A stretch of 64,000 nucleotides of DNA from Patescibacteria group bacterium (GCA_041649475.1 JBAZNA010000001.1:328612-392611); one strand, 5' to 3'. Positions 49,959-59,743 are shown, counted from the first letter of the stretch. Numbers and translations are program-made. Notes: generated by a model from the letters alone, not told the origin.

Positions 49959-51108
49959 TTTTTCCATTGATTTTTTTGGATGTTTGGCCTATAGTATCTG
50001 TATGAACAGTGATTTTTCATATCAATTTTTTAATACATCCGTTTTGGCTTGGGAGGCAATGTACCAGGCAATTTTGGCTGCAAAAAAATCTATCTTTTGG
50101 GAGGTTTATACCCTGGTTGACGACGAAGCCGGTAAAAGATTTATAGAGCTTTTGGCGGAAAAAGCCGCCGTTGGTATTGATGTGAAGATTATTGTTGATG
50201 CTTTCGGCAGTTATGATTTGTCCAAATCCGCTCTTTTTAAATTGCAAACAGCCGGGGCCAAGATTGTTTATTTCAACCGTTTGCGCCCGGGCATAAATAT
50301 AGTGGATTGGGTGCGTAGGATGTGGTATAGAACTCATAGAAAAATTTTGATCATTGACGAAGAGAGGGCTTTTGTCGGCGGGGTCAATGTTGAACAGCCC
50401 GCGGCTGATTGGTATGATTTGCATCTTCTCATTACCGGCAGCGCAGTAATCAGGCCGCTTTTGTATGGATTTGCCAAATCTTATATTCATTGCGGCGGCA
50501 ACGCCAAAGAAGTGGAGCATTTGTTACATCCCGATTTTGCCGAAGGCCTTAATTCCATCAGAAATAGAATTAATTTTTTGATGCATGCGCCGTTTTACGC
50601 GAAGATTTCTCCGTTTAAAAAATTTTATTACCAAAGTTTGGAATCCGCCCAAAATACTTTTAATGTGGTAACGCCGTATTATGTGCCCGATTTGCATTTT
50701 TTGGATCTGGTTTCACGCGCCAAAAAGCGGGGAGTGGAAGTCAATATAATTTTGCCGTGGGAAACCGACGTGAATTTAATGCGGCATATGGCCAACGCCT
50801 TTTATGGCATATCTTCCAAGGCCGGCGTGTCTTTTTACATGCTTAAGAAAATGAATCACGCCAAGGCCGTAAGTTATGACGATAAACTGGGTATTGTCGG
50901 CAGCGCCAATTTTACGCCGCGCAGTTTTTTTATCAACCAGGAAGCCAGCGCCGCGTTTTCCGATCCCAAGATGGTCGGCGATTTAAATAAAATTATTGGT
51001 GATTGGAAGAAAGAAGCCGTGCCGTTATCCGAGGTTGGTTTGAGCAAAAAAAAGTGGTCGGCCAGGTTTAAGGATTGGTGGCTGAATAAGTTTAAGGATT
51101 ATGTCTGA
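49939..51108 (+). CDS. phospholipase D-family protein with two HKD motifs (cardiolipin-synthase-like; an ATG at ~50002 may be the real start)
   Basis: 'HRKILIIDEERAFVGGVN' and 'HAKAVSYDDKLGIVGSANF'. Confidence 0.7.
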   Translation: MLRPPSNFSIDFFGCLAYSICMNSDFSYQFFNTSVLAWEAMYQAILAAKKSIFWEVYTLVDDEAGKRFIELLAEKAAVGIDVKIIVDAFGSYDLSKSALFKLQTAGAKIVYFNRLRPGINIVDWVRRMWYRTHRKILIIDEERAFVGGVNVEQPAADWYDLHLLITGSAVIRPLLYGFAKSYIHCGGNAKEVEHLLHPDFAEGLNSIRNRINFLMHAPFYAKISPFKKFYYQSLESAQNTFNVVTPYYVPDLHFLDLVSRAKKRGVEVNIILPWETDVNLMRHMANAFYGISSKAGVSFYMLKKMNHAKAVSYDDKLGIVGSANFTPRSFFINQEASAAFSDPKMVGDLNKIIGDWKKEAVPLSEVGLSKKKWSARFKDWWLNKFKDYV

Positions 51109-52324
51109 AGTTTTAAAATCGCCTTTGGCCGACCGGATGAGGCCAAAGAATTTTGCGGAGTTTGTCGGGCAGGAAGAGATCGTCGGCGCCGGCCGGCTGC
51201 TTCGGAAATTAATTGAAAAAGACGAAATGGCGTCCATTATTTTTTGGGGTCCGCCCGGAGTGGGCAAAACCACCTTGGCCAGAATTATAGCCGAACAGAC
51301 AAAATCCGCCTTTTCAATCATTTCCGCGGTTACCTCCGGCAAAGAAGAATTAAAAAAAATTATTGCCACCGCCAAACAACTTCTGCAGGTTGGACAAAAG
51401 ACAGTATTGTTTGTTGATGAAATTCACCGCTGGAATAAAGCCCAGCAGGACGCCCTGCTTCCGCATGTTGAAAACGGGATTATCACCTTAATCGGCGCTA
51501 CCACTGAAAATCCTTCTTTTGAAATAATCGGGCCGCTCTTATCGCGTTCCAGAGTTTTTATTTTAAAAAATTTGGCCGATGCTGATATTGTCAAGATTAT
51601 AGAAAGGGCTTTAGAAGATAAAAGCAGGGGATTGGGGTCTTTAAAAATTAAAATAGAAAAGGAAAGCGTTGAACTGTTGGCCGAGCTTTCCGGCGGCGAT
51701 GCCCGCACCGCTTTAAACGGCCTGGAGCTGGCCGTGAAAGCGAAACTCAAACCAAAAGAGTCCGCGGTTGAATTAACTAAAGAAGATATTAAAGAGGCCC
51801 TGCAGAGGACACATCTGGTTTTTGATAAAAAGGGCGAGGAATTTTATAATTTAATTTCCGCTCTGCACAAATCAATGCGCGGATCAGATGCCGATGCGGC
51901 GCTCTATTGGCTGGCCCGCATGCTTGAAGGCGGAGCCGACCCCCTGTATGTGGCTCGCCGGGTGCTTAGGTTTGCCTGTGAGGATATTGGTATGGCTAAC
52001 AGTGAAGCTTTAGTGCAAGCCAATGCCGCTTATGACGCCTGCCATAAAATCGGCATGCCGGAATGCACTGTGCATTTGGCCCAGGCCGTGGTTTACTGTG
52101 CCAAATCAAAAAAATCAAATTTATTATACACAGCTTACGGCAAAGCGGCCGCGGATGCGAAAAACACTTCGCATCTGGGCGTGCCACTGCATTTGCGCAA
52201 CGCGCCGACAAAATTCATGAAGGAAATCGGCTACGGCAAGGATTACAAATACAATCCGAATTTTGCCGGGCCGGTTGAGCAGGATTATTTGCCGCCGGAA
52301 CTGAAAGGCAAAAAATATTTATGA
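51101..52324 (+). CDS. rarA: replication-associated recombination protein A (AAA+ ATPase)
   Basis: Walker A '[11 protein letters not shown]', Walker B '[23 protein letters not shown]', MgsA C-terminal helices. Confidence 0.9.
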   Translation: MSEVLKSPLADRMRPKNFAEFVGQEEIVGAGRLLRKLIEKDEMASIIFWGPPGVGKTTLARIIAEQTKSAFSIISAVTSGKEELKKIIATAKQLLQVGQKTVLFVDEIHRWNKAQQDALLPHVENGIITLIGATTENPSFEIIGPLLSRSRVFILKNLADADIVKIIERALEDKSRGLGSLKIKIEKESVELLAELSGGDARTALNGLELAVKAKLKPKESAVELTKEDIKEALQRTHLVFDKKGEEFYNLISALHKSMRGSDADAALYWLARMLEGGADPLYVARRVLRFACEDIGMANSEALVQANAAYDACHKIGMPECTVHLAQAVVYCAKSKKSNLLYTAYGKAAADAKNTSHLGVPLHLRNAPTKFMKEIGYGKDYKYNPNFAGPVEQDYLPPELKGKKYL

Positions 52325-52863
52325 CTTTAAAATTTCTACTGCACACCTGTTGTGCGCCGTGCAGTATCGCCATAATTGATGAATTGAAAAACAAATTTGC
52401 GCTGACGGTCTTTTTTTATAATCCCAACATTTTTCCCTTTGCTGAATATGAAAAGCGCAAAGCCGAGGTAGTGCGGGTTTGCCAGGAGTGGGGTGTACCG
52501 ATGATTGATATGGATTATGAGGCGGACAAATGGCACAAGGAAGTGGCCGAGGGTTTGGAAATGGAAGCGGAAGGAGAGTCCAGGTGCGCGCTGTGTTTCC
52601 GGTTCCGGCTGGCCAAAACCGCCGAGTACGCCAAGAAAAACGGTTTTCATTATTTCAGCAGCAGTTTAACCAGCGGCCGCAACAAACCAGCCGAAGTGAT
52701 AAATTCAATTGGCAAAGTTTTTGGCAAGCATTACAAAGTGAAGTTTTATGATGTTGATTGGAAAAAAGACGGACGGCAGGAAAAGGCAAAGAAGATGGTT
52801 GAGGAGAGGGGAATATACAGACAAAATTATTGCGGGTGCGAGTCGTCAATTAAGAAACCGTGA
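52321..52863 (+). CDS. queH: epoxyqueuosine reductase QueH (DUF208)
   Basis: 'LLHTCCAPCS' Cys cluster plus 'CALCF' and 'YCGCE'. Confidence 0.75.
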   Translation: MTLKFLLHTCCAPCSIAIIDELKNKFALTVFFYNPNIFPFAEYEKRKAEVVRVCQEWGVPMIDMDYEADKWHKEVAEGLEMEAEGESRCALCFRFRLAKTAEYAKKNGFHYFSSSLTSGRNKPAEVINSIGKVFGKHYKVKFYDVDWKKDGRQEKAKKMVEERGIYRQNYCGCESSIKKP

Positions 52864-53269
52864 TTTTTCTTTTCGTTTCTTCCAGATGTTCCAATAAAAT
52901 TGAGATGGTTTTTTTATTTTGTAAAAGTCCGGAAATTTTTTCCGGCCATTCAATCACGCAAATTGTATTTGGTTTTCCCAGATAATCTTCTACTCCAATA
53001 TCAATCAGTTCCTGCGCGTTTTTTAACCGGTAGGTGTCAATGTGAACAAAATTTCGGCCGGCTGGCATCGGGCAGACATTCATCAGAGTAAAAGTGGGAC
53101 TGGTCATTTCATTTTTTATTCCCAAACCGCGCGCCAGGCCTTTAATCAGGGTGGTTTTGCCGGCGCCGAGTTCGCCGGATAATAACACAACCTCTCCGCC
53201 TTTTAATTTTGCGGATAGGTCCTGGCCGAATTTTTCAGTTTCTTTTTCCGAATTTGTGATCATAGGCAT
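52850..53269 (-). CDS. tsaE: tRNA t6A37 biosynthesis ATPase TsaE
   Basis: 139 aa. P-loop 'LSGELGAGKTT'. 'SPTFTLMN' motif. Confidence 0.8.
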   Translation of the reverse strand: MPMITNSEKETEKFGQDLSAKLKGGEVVLLSGELGAGKTTLIKGLARGLGIKNEMTSPTFTLMNVCPMPAGRNFVHIDTYRLKNAQELIDIGVEDYLGKPNTICVIEWPEKISGLLQNKKTISILLEHLEETKRKITVS

Positions 53270-53341
53270 ACTTGAATAATTTTACCTCGTCCTATTTGAC
53301 CGTGTCAATACCAAGTGGTATTCTTATATTGGCCTGGTTTA

Positions 53342-53414
53342 CGGGTTGTAGCGAAGTTGGTATCGCGCATGCATGGGGTGCATGAGATCGCGGGTTCAAG
53401 TCCCGCCAGCCCGA
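53342..53414 (+). tRNA. tRNA-Pro (anticodon GGG)
   Basis: Acceptor cgggttg/cagcccg, D arm gcga-agttggta-tcgc, anticodon stem catgc/gcatg with loop 'atGGGgt' (G37), T arm gcggg-ttcaagt-cccgc. Confidence 0.85.
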
Positions 53415-53416
53415 CT

Positions 53417-54247
53417 ATGATTAATGAAAATCGACTTGTTGCTCATGCTTGGATTTTTGATGTTGACGGAGTTCTTACTCATCCAAGCGAAAAAAAAGTT
53501 ACTAAGCAAGAATTATTTTTTCAGCTTATTAAAAGATTAGAAGCCGGCGAACCTGTGATTTTGAATTCAGGACGAGCGGTAGATTTTATGCTTAAAAATA
53601 TTCTTGATCCAGTTGAACGGTTAGTTGAGGACAAAAAGTTTCTCAAAAATTTGTTCGCTGTCGGTGAAAAAGGGGCTGTGAGTGTTTTGTATAATGACAA
53701 CAAGGAGCGTACAGAGTACATAGATCGTTCAATAATTGTGCCTCAAGAATTGCAAAATGAGGCCCGAAAATTAGTTGAAGAAAAATTCAGCGACATTGCT
53801 TTTTATGATTTGACTAAAAAAACCATGATTTCTATAGAGATGCACGATGGTTTGTCTGTTGATGAATTTAGAAAAAGACAAGGAGAACTGGGCAAAAAAT
53901 TATCAGAACTGCTGGAACAGCATGGCCTTACTGCAAAATATAGGGTTGAGCTTACCAGGATTGCGATTGATGTTGAAAACAAGCATGTGGGCAAGGGTTT
54001 GGGAGTGCAAAGAGCTCTGCAGTGGCTGTCTGAACAAAAAATCAAACCGGAGAAATTTATTGCTTTTGGCGATAGCCCGTCAGATGCGGCAATGGCAGCT
54101 GAATTGCAAGAGCGGGGCCTGCCGGTAGAATTTGTCTTTGTCGGCGAAAAAGACCTTTTGGCCGATCAAAAATTTGACTTTCACATCACCTATACCAAAG
54201 GGCAATGCGAGGAAGGCACGGTAGAATATTTAAAAGGCCTGGAATAA
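53417..54247 (+). CDS. HAD-superfamily hydrolase (start trimmed to the ATG 3 nt after tRNA-Pro; the track ORF from 53315 overlaps the tRNA)
   Basis: Motif I 'IFDVDGVLT', motif III 'FGDSPSDAAM'. Confidence 0.65.
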   Translation: MINENRLVAHAWIFDVDGVLTHPSEKKVTKQELFFQLIKRLEAGEPVILNSGRAVDFMLKNILDPVERLVEDKKFLKNLFAVGEKGAVSVLYNDNKERTEYIDRSIIVPQELQNEARKLVEEKFSDIAFYDLTKKTMISIEMHDGLSVDEFRKRQGELGKKLSELLEQHGLTAKYRVELTRIAIDVENKHVGKGLGVQRALQWLSEQKIKPEKFIAFGDSPSDAAMAAELQERGLPVEFVFVGEKDLLADQKFDFHITYTKGQCEEGTVEYLKGLE

Positions 54248-54250
54248 ACT

Positions 54251-54279
54251 AGCCCCCTTTTTTTGTCGGGGGCTTTTTT
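54251..54279 (+). terminator. rho-independent terminator
   Basis: 'gccccc'/'gggggc' stem followed by tttttt. Confidence 0.65.
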
Positions 54280-54283
54280 GTAT

Positions 54284-54311
54284 TTGACATACTATACCAT
54301 ATTGGTATGAT
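54284..54311 (+). promoter_or_regulatory. sigma-70-like promoter placing the start site within a few nt of the SDR ATG (apparently leaderless)
   Basis: TTGACA, 16 nt spacer, TATGAT (54306 to 54311). ATG at 54320. Confidence 0.35.
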
Positions 54312-54319
54312 TTAAGTAT

Positions 54320-54919
54320 ATGAAACTTGATGTCAAACACAAAACTATTTTTATCACCGGACCAAGCGTGGGCATCGGCAGGGAGACGGCTTTAAAATTC
54401 GCCCGCGCCGGCTGTAGTTTGGCTATTACTTATTATAAGGATAAGGAAGAGGCGATGGAAGTGGCTGACAAATGCCGGCGTCTGGGTGCAAAGGATGTGC
54501 AAGCGGTACGGCTTGATTTAATGGATGATCAAAGCATACGCTTGGCCGTGGGTGAAGTGGTTGAAAGGTTCGGAGAGATCTCGGTGTTGATTAATAATGC
54601 CGGAGTGGTTGTTTGGAAGCCCCTAAGCGAGCAGAGTTTTGAAAATATTGAACAGCAAGTACGGATAAACGTTGAGGGTTTGATTAAAATAACCAGAGCT
54701 TGCCTGCCGCATATCAAGGACTCAATCATCAACATTGTCGGCGATGCCGGCAGGGAAGGGATGGAGAATTTGGTTACTTATTGGACTGCCAAATTTGCAG
54801 TCAGGGGTTTTACCGAGGCCTTGGCCAGAGAATTGCCGGAGATAAAAGTATCGGCGGTTAACGAAGATCCGGCCTCATTCAATACAGCAATCAATAGCTT
54901 TCTTTACAATCGCGCGTAA
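54320..54919 (+). CDS. short-chain dehydrogenase/reductase (SDR), short at 199 aa
   Basis: 'TGPSVGIGRETALKFARAG', 'NNAG', 'YWTAKFAVRGF' (YxxxK). Confidence 0.65.
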   Translation: MKLDVKHKTIFITGPSVGIGRETALKFARAGCSLAITYYKDKEEAMEVADKCRRLGAKDVQAVRLDLMDDQSIRLAVGEVVERFGEISVLINNAGVVVWKPLSEQSFENIEQQVRINVEGLIKITRACLPHIKDSIINIVGDAGREGMENLVTYWTAKFAVRGFTEALARELPEIKVSAVNEDPASFNTAINSFLYNRA

Positions 54920-55447
54920 TTTGCCCATAAATCCCTGATTACTGACGCCGGCAGCCGGAGGAACAGGCAAACTTTTGTCAGTGTCATGCCTGTTTAAGGC
55001 CTCTTCATCTATTTTTTTGATGTCATCGGTTTTAATGAGTTTCAAATTGATGCCCCAGAACATTGAATATAAATCATAGGCCTTGCTAAACAATCCCAGC
55101 GCTTCTTCTTTTTTCCCGACCCCCTGGGCCTTGGTGCCGACTTCCATTAGACGCATGGATGCCGCGAGCAGATGTTTGGAAATGCACCAGACCTCGCCTT
55201 CCGGTTCTTTGACGATTTTTTTCAGCAGGGTTTTTCTCATTTCACGCACTTCCTGGAGTAAATCAAAATATGCCGGCTTGTCCAGTTTGGCGCCGGTAAA
55301 AAAGAAATGTTCTTCAATACTCACTAAATTCATTATGGCAATGGACAGATCTTCATCGGAAGACAGATCCATTTTTTCCTGTTTGGACAGATTGTTTACT
55401 TTTTGCACTAATTGATCCAGATTGTATAAATTATTTTCTTCGGGCAT
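54875..55447 (-). CDS. hypothetical protein (convergent 45 nt overlap with the SDR gene)
   Basis: 190 aa. No motif recognised. Confidence 0.35.
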   Translation of the reverse strand: MPEENNLYNLDQLVQKVNNLSKQEKMDLSSDEDLSIAIMNLVSIEEHFFFTGAKLDKPAYFDLLQEVREMRKTLLKKIVKEPEGEVWCISKHLLAASMRLMEVGTKAQGVGKKEEALGLFSKAYDLYSMFWGINLKLIKTDDIKKIDEEALNRHDTDKSLPVPPAAGVSNQGFMGKLRAIVKKAIDCCIE

Positions 55448-55456
55448 ATGTAATAA

Positions 55457-55894
55457 TTATCTTGTGAGCAAGTAAAATATTAAACTGAAAATTAAAAGTG
55501 GCACAACCGGAGCCACGACTTTTTCAAAAGGAAAATGCGCTTTGCCGTTTTTTCTTTTAATATAATCATACCAGGCAATGCCGGCAGTCAGGCCGATACT
55601 CCCCAGCAGGAAGCCGAACATTATTTTATCAATTCCCCAAAGCTTGTTTTGCGGATGTCCCATGATGCCGGCGAGTTCCAGGGGTATGAGGACCATGGCA
55701 TAGTAAGCCAGGAGAACGAGAACCTCCTTAGCTTTGAAGTTTATATTTTTTTTAGTCAGCCAATTTATTGTCCATAAACTGACGGCCACGGTGAGTCCGC
55801 CGATCCACAACCCGCTGATAGTATCGTCTATTCCCAACCATCGGGAAAGTCCGACTCCGGCGGAAACCACGACAATGCAAACTGGGCAAGGCAT
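55457..55894 (-). CDS. small polytopic membrane protein starting 'MPCPVCIVVVS' (start trimmed from 56017 to remove overlap with the upstream gene)
   Basis: CxxC at the N-terminus, followed by 4 hydrophobic segments. Confidence 0.4.
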   Translation of the reverse strand: MPCPVCIVVVSAGVGLSRWLGIDDTISGLWIGGLTVAVSLWTINWLTKKNINFKAKEVLVLLAYYAMVLIPLELAGIMGHPQNKLWGIDKIMFGFLLGSIGLTAGIAWYDYIKRKNGKAHFPFEKVVAPVVPLLIFSLIFYLLTR

Positions 55895-55905
55895 AATTTT
55901 TTGGA

Positions 55906-56397
55906 TTACTTGTTTATGTATTGCTGTAAATAATTTGTAACCTGGTCTTCGCCTTCGTAGCATTTGCTTCCGTCCCATAGCAGAGGCACACCCAGCTGAT
56001 TGCCGGTGATGCCGCATTTTTGGGCGGTTTTGGCCATGTCGCTTGCATTATTTTGATCATGATACACTTCCACCCGGTTTATTTTGACTTTTTGGTCAAT
56101 ATTGTTTGTTTTTATAAACTCTTCAACCCGGGCGCAATGAGGACACTCCTGGCCATAATATAAAGTCAGCCCCTCGGCCGGTTTTTGGCCTTTGAAAAAG
56201 AAAATGGCGCCGACAACTATAACGATTGCCAGAATAATTAAAATTACTGTTTTTTTCATAAAACTTAAGTTAGGCTGTCGCTTTGGCCAGTGTTCTTCGG
56301 CAGGTGGAACAGACCCTGATGCTTTTGCCGCTGATTTTGAGCAATTGCAGATTAGGATTTTGTCTGCGCGGAACTTTTCGGTTGGAGTGGCTGACAT
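55906..56397 (-). CDS. membrane-anchored thioredoxin-fold (glutaredoxin/DsbA-like) protein with a CPHC active site
   Basis: TM 'VILIILAIVIVVGAIFFF', 'YYGQECPHCARVEEFIK', C-terminal 'PLLWDGSKCYEG'. Confidence 0.6.
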   Translation of the reverse strand: MSATPTEKFRADKILICNCSKSAAKASGSVPPAEEHWPKRQPNLSFMKKTVILIILAIVIVVGAIFFFKGQKPAEGLTLYYGQECPHCARVEEFIKTNNIDQKVKINRVEVYHDQNNASDMAKTAQKCGITGNQLGVPLLWDGSKCYEGEDQVTNYLQQYINK

Positions 56398-56549
56398 TGT
56401 TGGCGCGAGCCGATGATTTGCCGCATAAATCGCATGATCTGGACATAAAGTTGATTACTTAGTGTTAATAAGATATAATTACTTTGTAGAAAAGTGGATT
56501 AATTGTATCTTGAAAAACTGTTTTTGTCAAATGATAATATGGATAAGTT

Positions 56550-57158
56550 ATGGAATTGATTTTTTATTTTTTAATTATCATTCCTTCAGCCATAATTCAT
56601 GAATATGCTCATGGCTGGGCCGCTGATTTGATGGGCGATCCAACTGCGAAATTCGCGGGTCGCCTGACCATAAATCCGGTCGCGCACATAGATTTGTGGG
56701 GAACGATTTTAATGCCGCTGGTGCTATATTTTTTAACCGGAGGCCAGTTTATGTTTGCTTACGCCAAACCGGTTCCGTATAATCCCTATAACTTAAAAAA
56801 CCAAAAATGGGGTCCGGCCTTGGTGGCAATTGCCGGGCCGATAGCTAATTTTTTGCTGGCTTTTGTTTTTGCCATGGTTTTAAGGTTCGTACCTATAGGG
56901 GTTTTCAATCCTGGTCTAATTTCTTTCCTTGACATAATAGTTTACGCCAATATAATGCTGATGGTCTTTAATCTGGTGCCGATTCCGCCCTTGGACGGAT
57001 CAAAGGTTTTGTACGCGGTCTTGCCGGCATCGGCGCAAAATGTAAAATTGTTTTTGGACAGATACGGGTTTATTATCTTATTGGTTTTTATTTTCTTTTT
57101 ATTTGAATTGATCTCGCCGATTATAGACGGCATATTCAGATTGCTGGTGGGTTATTAA
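56550..57158 (+). CDS. intramembrane zinc metalloprotease, site-2-protease (M50)-like
   Basis: 'IIHEYAHGWAADLMGD' (HExxH inside the first TM), further TM helices, and a second motif 'LVPIPPLDGSKVL' (M50 LDG box). Confidence 0.6.
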   Translation: MELIFYFLIIIPSAIIHEYAHGWAADLMGDPTAKFAGRLTINPVAHIDLWGTILMPLVLYFLTGGQFMFAYAKPVPYNPYNLKNQKWGPALVAIAGPIANFLLAFVFAMVLRFVPIGVFNPGLISFLDIIVYANIMLMVFNLVPIPPLDGSKVLYAVLPASAQNVKLFLDRYGFIILLVFIFFLFELISPIIDGIFRLLVGY

Positions 57159-57192
57159 TATATTTTAATTTTTTATTCATTAATGTAAAAAT

Positions 57193-57531
57193 ATGAAATT
57201 ATTGTTTAGATGGTTAATTAGCGCGCTAGTTTTAATGTTCATTGCTTATTACGTGCCGGGTATTCATGTGACCAGTTTTTATTCGGCCTTGGTGGCGGCT
57301 TTGATTTTGGGTTTGGTCAATGCCCTGATAAGGCCATTGCTTTTATTGCTAACCTTGCCGATAAATATTTTTACTTTTGGACTGTTTACCTTAGTCATAA
57401 ACGCCTTAATGTTCTGGCTGGCCTCAACAGTGGTCAAAGGTTTTTATGTGGCTGGATTTTGGCCCGCCTTTTGGGGGGCTTTGATTATGTGGATAGTCGG
57501 CTGGTTTGTAAACAGTTTATTAAAAAAATAG
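57193..57531 (+). CDS. YvlD/phage-holin-4_2 family small membrane protein
   Basis: 'YVPGIHVTSFYSALVAALILGLVNALIRPLLLLLTLPINIFTFGLFTLVINALM' closely follows the YvlD family pattern. Confidence 0.6.
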   Translation: MKLLFRWLISALVLMFIAYYVPGIHVTSFYSALVAALILGLVNALIRPLLLLLTLPINIFTFGLFTLVINALMFWLASTVVKGFYVAGFWPAFWGALIMWIVGWFVNSLLKK

Positions 57532-57544
57532 AGTTTGGATATTG

Positions 57545-57605
57545 GGTAGTGATATATGTTTTTGAGCACTAGCGATAGCTTGGCGAAAAAACATATATCA
57601 CTACC
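57545..57605 (+). repeat. conserved-loop hairpin element, copy 4 (19 bp perfect stem, loop GAGCACTAGCGATAGCTTGGCGA)
   Basis: Stem 'ggtagtgatatatgttttt'/'aaaaacatatatcactacc'. Sits 14 nt after the stop of the preceding gene. Confidence 0.7.
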
Positions 57606-57753
57606 AATGAATAAAGTTTATATATTATATGAAAAACTACTCTTCAAACAGAGCACAAAAAGGGAAGACAGCATTTAGGACTCCAAGCATGTTTAAGGTG
57701 TTTAAATCACAATTTGCTAAAAACAAAATAAATAATAAAATGAACAATAAAAT

Positions 57754-58443
57754 ATGGTCAAACCAGAAGTCAAAGTGATTTCCATCGGCGGATCAATCAT
57801 AATTCCCAAGACCGGATTTGACATAGAGTTTCTAAAAAAATTTCGGGAAATGATAATCGCACGGGTAAAGACGGGTGAAAGATTTATTCTGGTTGTCGGC
57901 GGCGGCAGCACTTGCCGCGCCTATCAGGCGGCCGCCAAAAGCGTTGTTGATCTTTCCGGCGTGGATTTGGATTGGCTTGGTATTGCCGCGACTCATTTTA
58001 ACGCCCAGTTTGTTAAATTATTATTTGGTGATCTGGCCTATCCGCAAATTGTTGACAACCCGACTAAAAAAATAAAAACTAATAAACCGATAATAGTCGC
58101 CGGCGGCTGGCAACCGGGTTGCTCAACCGACAGAGACGCGGTGCTACTGGCCAAGACCTACGGGGCTAAAGAAGTGATAAACGCTTCCAACATAGATTTC
58201 GTTTATACGGCTGACCCGAAAAAAGATCCCAGTGCCAAGCCGATCCCCAAAATGACTTGGCCGCAGATGCAAAAAATAGTAGGGGAGATGTGGAGTCCGG
58301 GCGCCAATTTGCCTTTTGATCCTTTGGCCACCAAAGAAGCCGGTAAACTAAAACTAAAGGTTTCTTTTGTCAAAGGCACGGACTTAAAAACATTTGCCAA
58401 TATTTTAAATAAAAAAGAGTTTCAGGGGACAGTTGTTGAATAA
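57754..58443 (+). CDS. pyrH: amino-acid-kinase-family protein, archaeal-type UMP kinase-like
   Basis: 'VISIGGSII', 'LVVGGGSTCRAY'. ~229 aa, the size of archaeal-type PyrH. Confidence 0.5.
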   Translation: MVKPEVKVISIGGSIIIPKTGFDIEFLKKFREMIIARVKTGERFILVVGGGSTCRAYQAAAKSVVDLSGVDLDWLGIAATHFNAQFVKLLFGDLAYPQIVDNPTKKIKTNKPIIVAGGWQPGCSTDRDAVLLAKTYGAKEVINASNIDFVYTADPKKDPSAKPIPKMTWPQMQKIVGEMWSPGANLPFDPLATKEAGKLKLKVSFVKGTDLKTFANILNKKEFQGTVVE

Positions 58444-58457
58444 TTAATTTTTTGCGT

Positions 58458-58619
58458 ATGTCGGTTGAAAAGCCAGTATCATTAAAAGAATTTTTAGAGA
58501 AAGAAACGCCCCAAGAAAAATTAGCCAAACACCTCCGCAGTTTACCGGATGAGGATAAACGCCGTCGAGCTGTCATTAAGGCCGCCGCCAATGCTGAAAA
58601 GAAGCAAAAACATGAGTAA
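58458..58619 (+). CDS. small basic hypothetical protein (53 aa; below the ORF-track cutoff)
   Basis: The ATG starts the frame 'MSVEKPVSLKEFLEKETPQEKLAKHLRSLPDEDKRRRAVIKAAANAEKKQKHE', and the gene fills the gap before the rplJ promoter. Confidence 0.3.
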   Translation: MSVEKPVSLKEFLEKETPQEKLAKHLRSLPDEDKRRRAVIKAAANAEKKQKHE

Positions 58620-58622
58620 TGC

Positions 58623-58782
58623 TTGACATTATTTTTATTATAGGTTATCATTTGGACATCCATAGACAGTAGGTGCCCTTTGGGCTTAATCTCCTACCGA
58701 GGTGCAAAAGCTAGATTTAAAGCTAATTTAGGTCGATTGTACCGTTTGGTCTGTGGTGGATATCACAGATTTTTTGTTAAAT
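58623..58782 (+). promoter_or_regulatory. rplJ promoter (TTGACA-17-TATCAT) plus a ~130 nt structured leader (candidate L10-leader autoregulatory element)
   Basis: TTGACA at 58623, TATCAT at 58646. The leader contains 'ggtgccctttgggc' and other stems. Confidence 0.35.
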
Positions 58783-59313
58783 ATGCCAAAAACAAAACAA
58801 CAGAAACAATCAACCGTAAAAATCCTTGTTGATGGTTTAAAGAGCGCCAAAGCCGCTGTTTTTGCCAACTTCCAGGGTTTGAAAGTTTCCGAAGCAGAGC
58901 AGTTGCGACGCGAATGCCGCAAAAATAACATCCAAGTATTGGCTGCCAAAAAAACCCTGGTTAAAAGAGCTTGTGAAGATATTGGTTTAACCGATATCAA
59001 CCCAAAAATCTTTTCCGGCGGCGTGGCCACGTTTATGGCCCAGGGCGATGAGGTGTCGGCGGCAAAAATTGTAAGTAATTTTGCCAAGACCCATCAAATT
59101 GTCACCGTTTTCGGCGGTATCATGGAAGGCAAATTCGTTGATGCTTTGGCTATAAAAAGTTTAGCCAGTTTGCCAAGCAGACAGGAACTTTTATCAAGGT
59201 TGGTTGGCACAATCAATGCGCCGGTTTCCGGTTTCGTCAATGTGTTGGCCGGAAATTTACGCAATTTGGTTGGCGTATTAAATAATATTAAATCCGCAAA
59301 GGGCGGAGCTTAA
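58783..59313 (+). CDS. rplJ: 50S ribosomal protein L10 (track start GTG 58753; ATG 58783 preferred)
   Basis: 'MPKTKQQKQSTVKILVDGLKSAKAAVFANFQGLKVSEAEQLRRECRK'. Immediately upstream of rplL. Confidence 0.85.
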   Translation: MPKTKQQKQSTVKILVDGLKSAKAAVFANFQGLKVSEAEQLRRECRKNNIQVLAAKKTLVKRACEDIGLTDINPKIFSGGVATFMAQGDEVSAAKIVSNFAKTHQIVTVFGGIMEGKFVDALAIKSLASLPSRQELLSRLVGTINAPVSGFVNVLAGNLRNLVGVLNNIKSAKGGA

Positions 59314-59326
59314 TTAAAATAATTAT

Positions 59327-59731
59327 ATGACTGACGAACAAAAAAACGTTGAGGTGCCGAAAAAGTTTGCGGCCCTCGTAGAGGAAATAGAAAAAATGTC
59401 CGTTCTGGATCTTTCCGAATTGGTGAAGATTCTGGAAGACAAGTTCGGCGTATCAGCCGCCGCTCCGGCCATGATGATGGCCGCACCGGCCGCGGGAGCC
59501 GCATCGGCCGCTGAAGAAAAATCAGAGTTCAATGTTGAACTTACTGACGCGGGCGCTTCCAAGATCAACGTGATCAAGGCAGTGAAAGAAATAACCGGTC
59601 TTGGTTTAGCCGATGCCAAAGCTTTGGTAGACGGCGCTCCAAAAATGATTAAAGAAGGCGTCAAGAAAGATGATGCCGAAGCCATGAAAAAGAAAATTGA
59701 AGAGGCCGGAGGCAAGGTTACACTAAAATAA
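59327..59731 (+). CDS. rplL: 50S ribosomal protein L7/L12
   Basis: Ala-rich hinge, then '[56 protein letters not shown]'. Confidence 0.95.
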   Translation: MTDEQKNVEVPKKFAALVEEIEKMSVLDLSELVKILEDKFGVSAAAPAMMMAAPAAGAASAAEEKSEFNVELTDAGASKINVIKAVKEITGLGLADAKALVDGAPKMIKEGVKKDDAEAMKKKIEEAGGKVTLK

Positions 59732-59743
59732 TCTTTAGACAAT

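Noticed and set aside
53315-53416. N-terminal 34 codons of the track ORF 53315..54247
   Set aside because: They overlap tRNA-Pro(GGG) at 53342 to 53414. An ATG at 53417 directly precedes the conserved HAD motif I, so the CDS was trimmed.
55895-56017. Long form of the 55457..56017 minus-strand ORF
   Set aside because: The first 41 codons overlap the upstream thioredoxin-like gene by 110 nt. An internal Met ('MPCPVC') at 55894 removes the overlap.
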